This document shows, piece after piece, positions 63,997 to 64,000 of a stretch of DNA of 64,000 nucleotides. Position numbers and translations under genes: made by a program. Source of the stretch: Octopus sinensis (lineage: Eukaryota); NCBI RefSeq assembly GCF_006345805.1, contig NC_042998.1, forward strand, positions 9,734,001-9,798,000, read 5' to 3'. A model generated the notes under the pieces. It was not told the origin of the DNA. It saw nothing but the letters and a program-made list of their open reading frames with translations, and did no database searches. Each line of letters starts with the position of its first letter. Position 1 is the first letter of the stretch.

Positions 63997-64000
63997 AAAT

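Noticed and set aside
9321-63998. Recurrent short ORFs such as MLGGQTQTH..., MDGSTGVWEARR... and MLRPPSVMTDHG...
   Set aside because: They are incidental frames in SINEs and RTE 3' UTRs, and vary with microsatellite length.

Overview
AT-rich, repeat-saturated animal genomic DNA. The repeat families look like those of an octopus genome; this is recalled, not searched. No prokaryotic features are present. The only supported host gene is a minus-strand copper transporter of the Ctr/SLC31A family (CTR2-like). I reconstructed it by hand from four coding exons (17150-17219, 9613-9820, 7194-7309, 3153-3313). All introns are GT-AG with compatible phases, giving 184 aa and an intact MxxxM-x12-GxxxG signature. 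A repeat-poor, CpG-retaining block at about 39.3-41.6 kb may be its promoter and non-coding first exon. The rest is tRNA-headed SINEs (at least 4 families), 5'-truncated RTE, CR1 and CRE non-LTR retrotransposons, MITEs, Helitron-like elements and microsatellites. The most notable hidden signals: (1) three minimal type-I hammerhead-ribozyme motifs in Penelope-like remnants; (2) a perfect 271-bp inverted duplication and inverted SINE pairs around transporter exons; (3) a SINE occurring as concatemers with an invariant hairpin junction, bounding a near-identical tandem duplication with a ~2.67-kb offset. I see no evidence for a wholly new multi-gene system.
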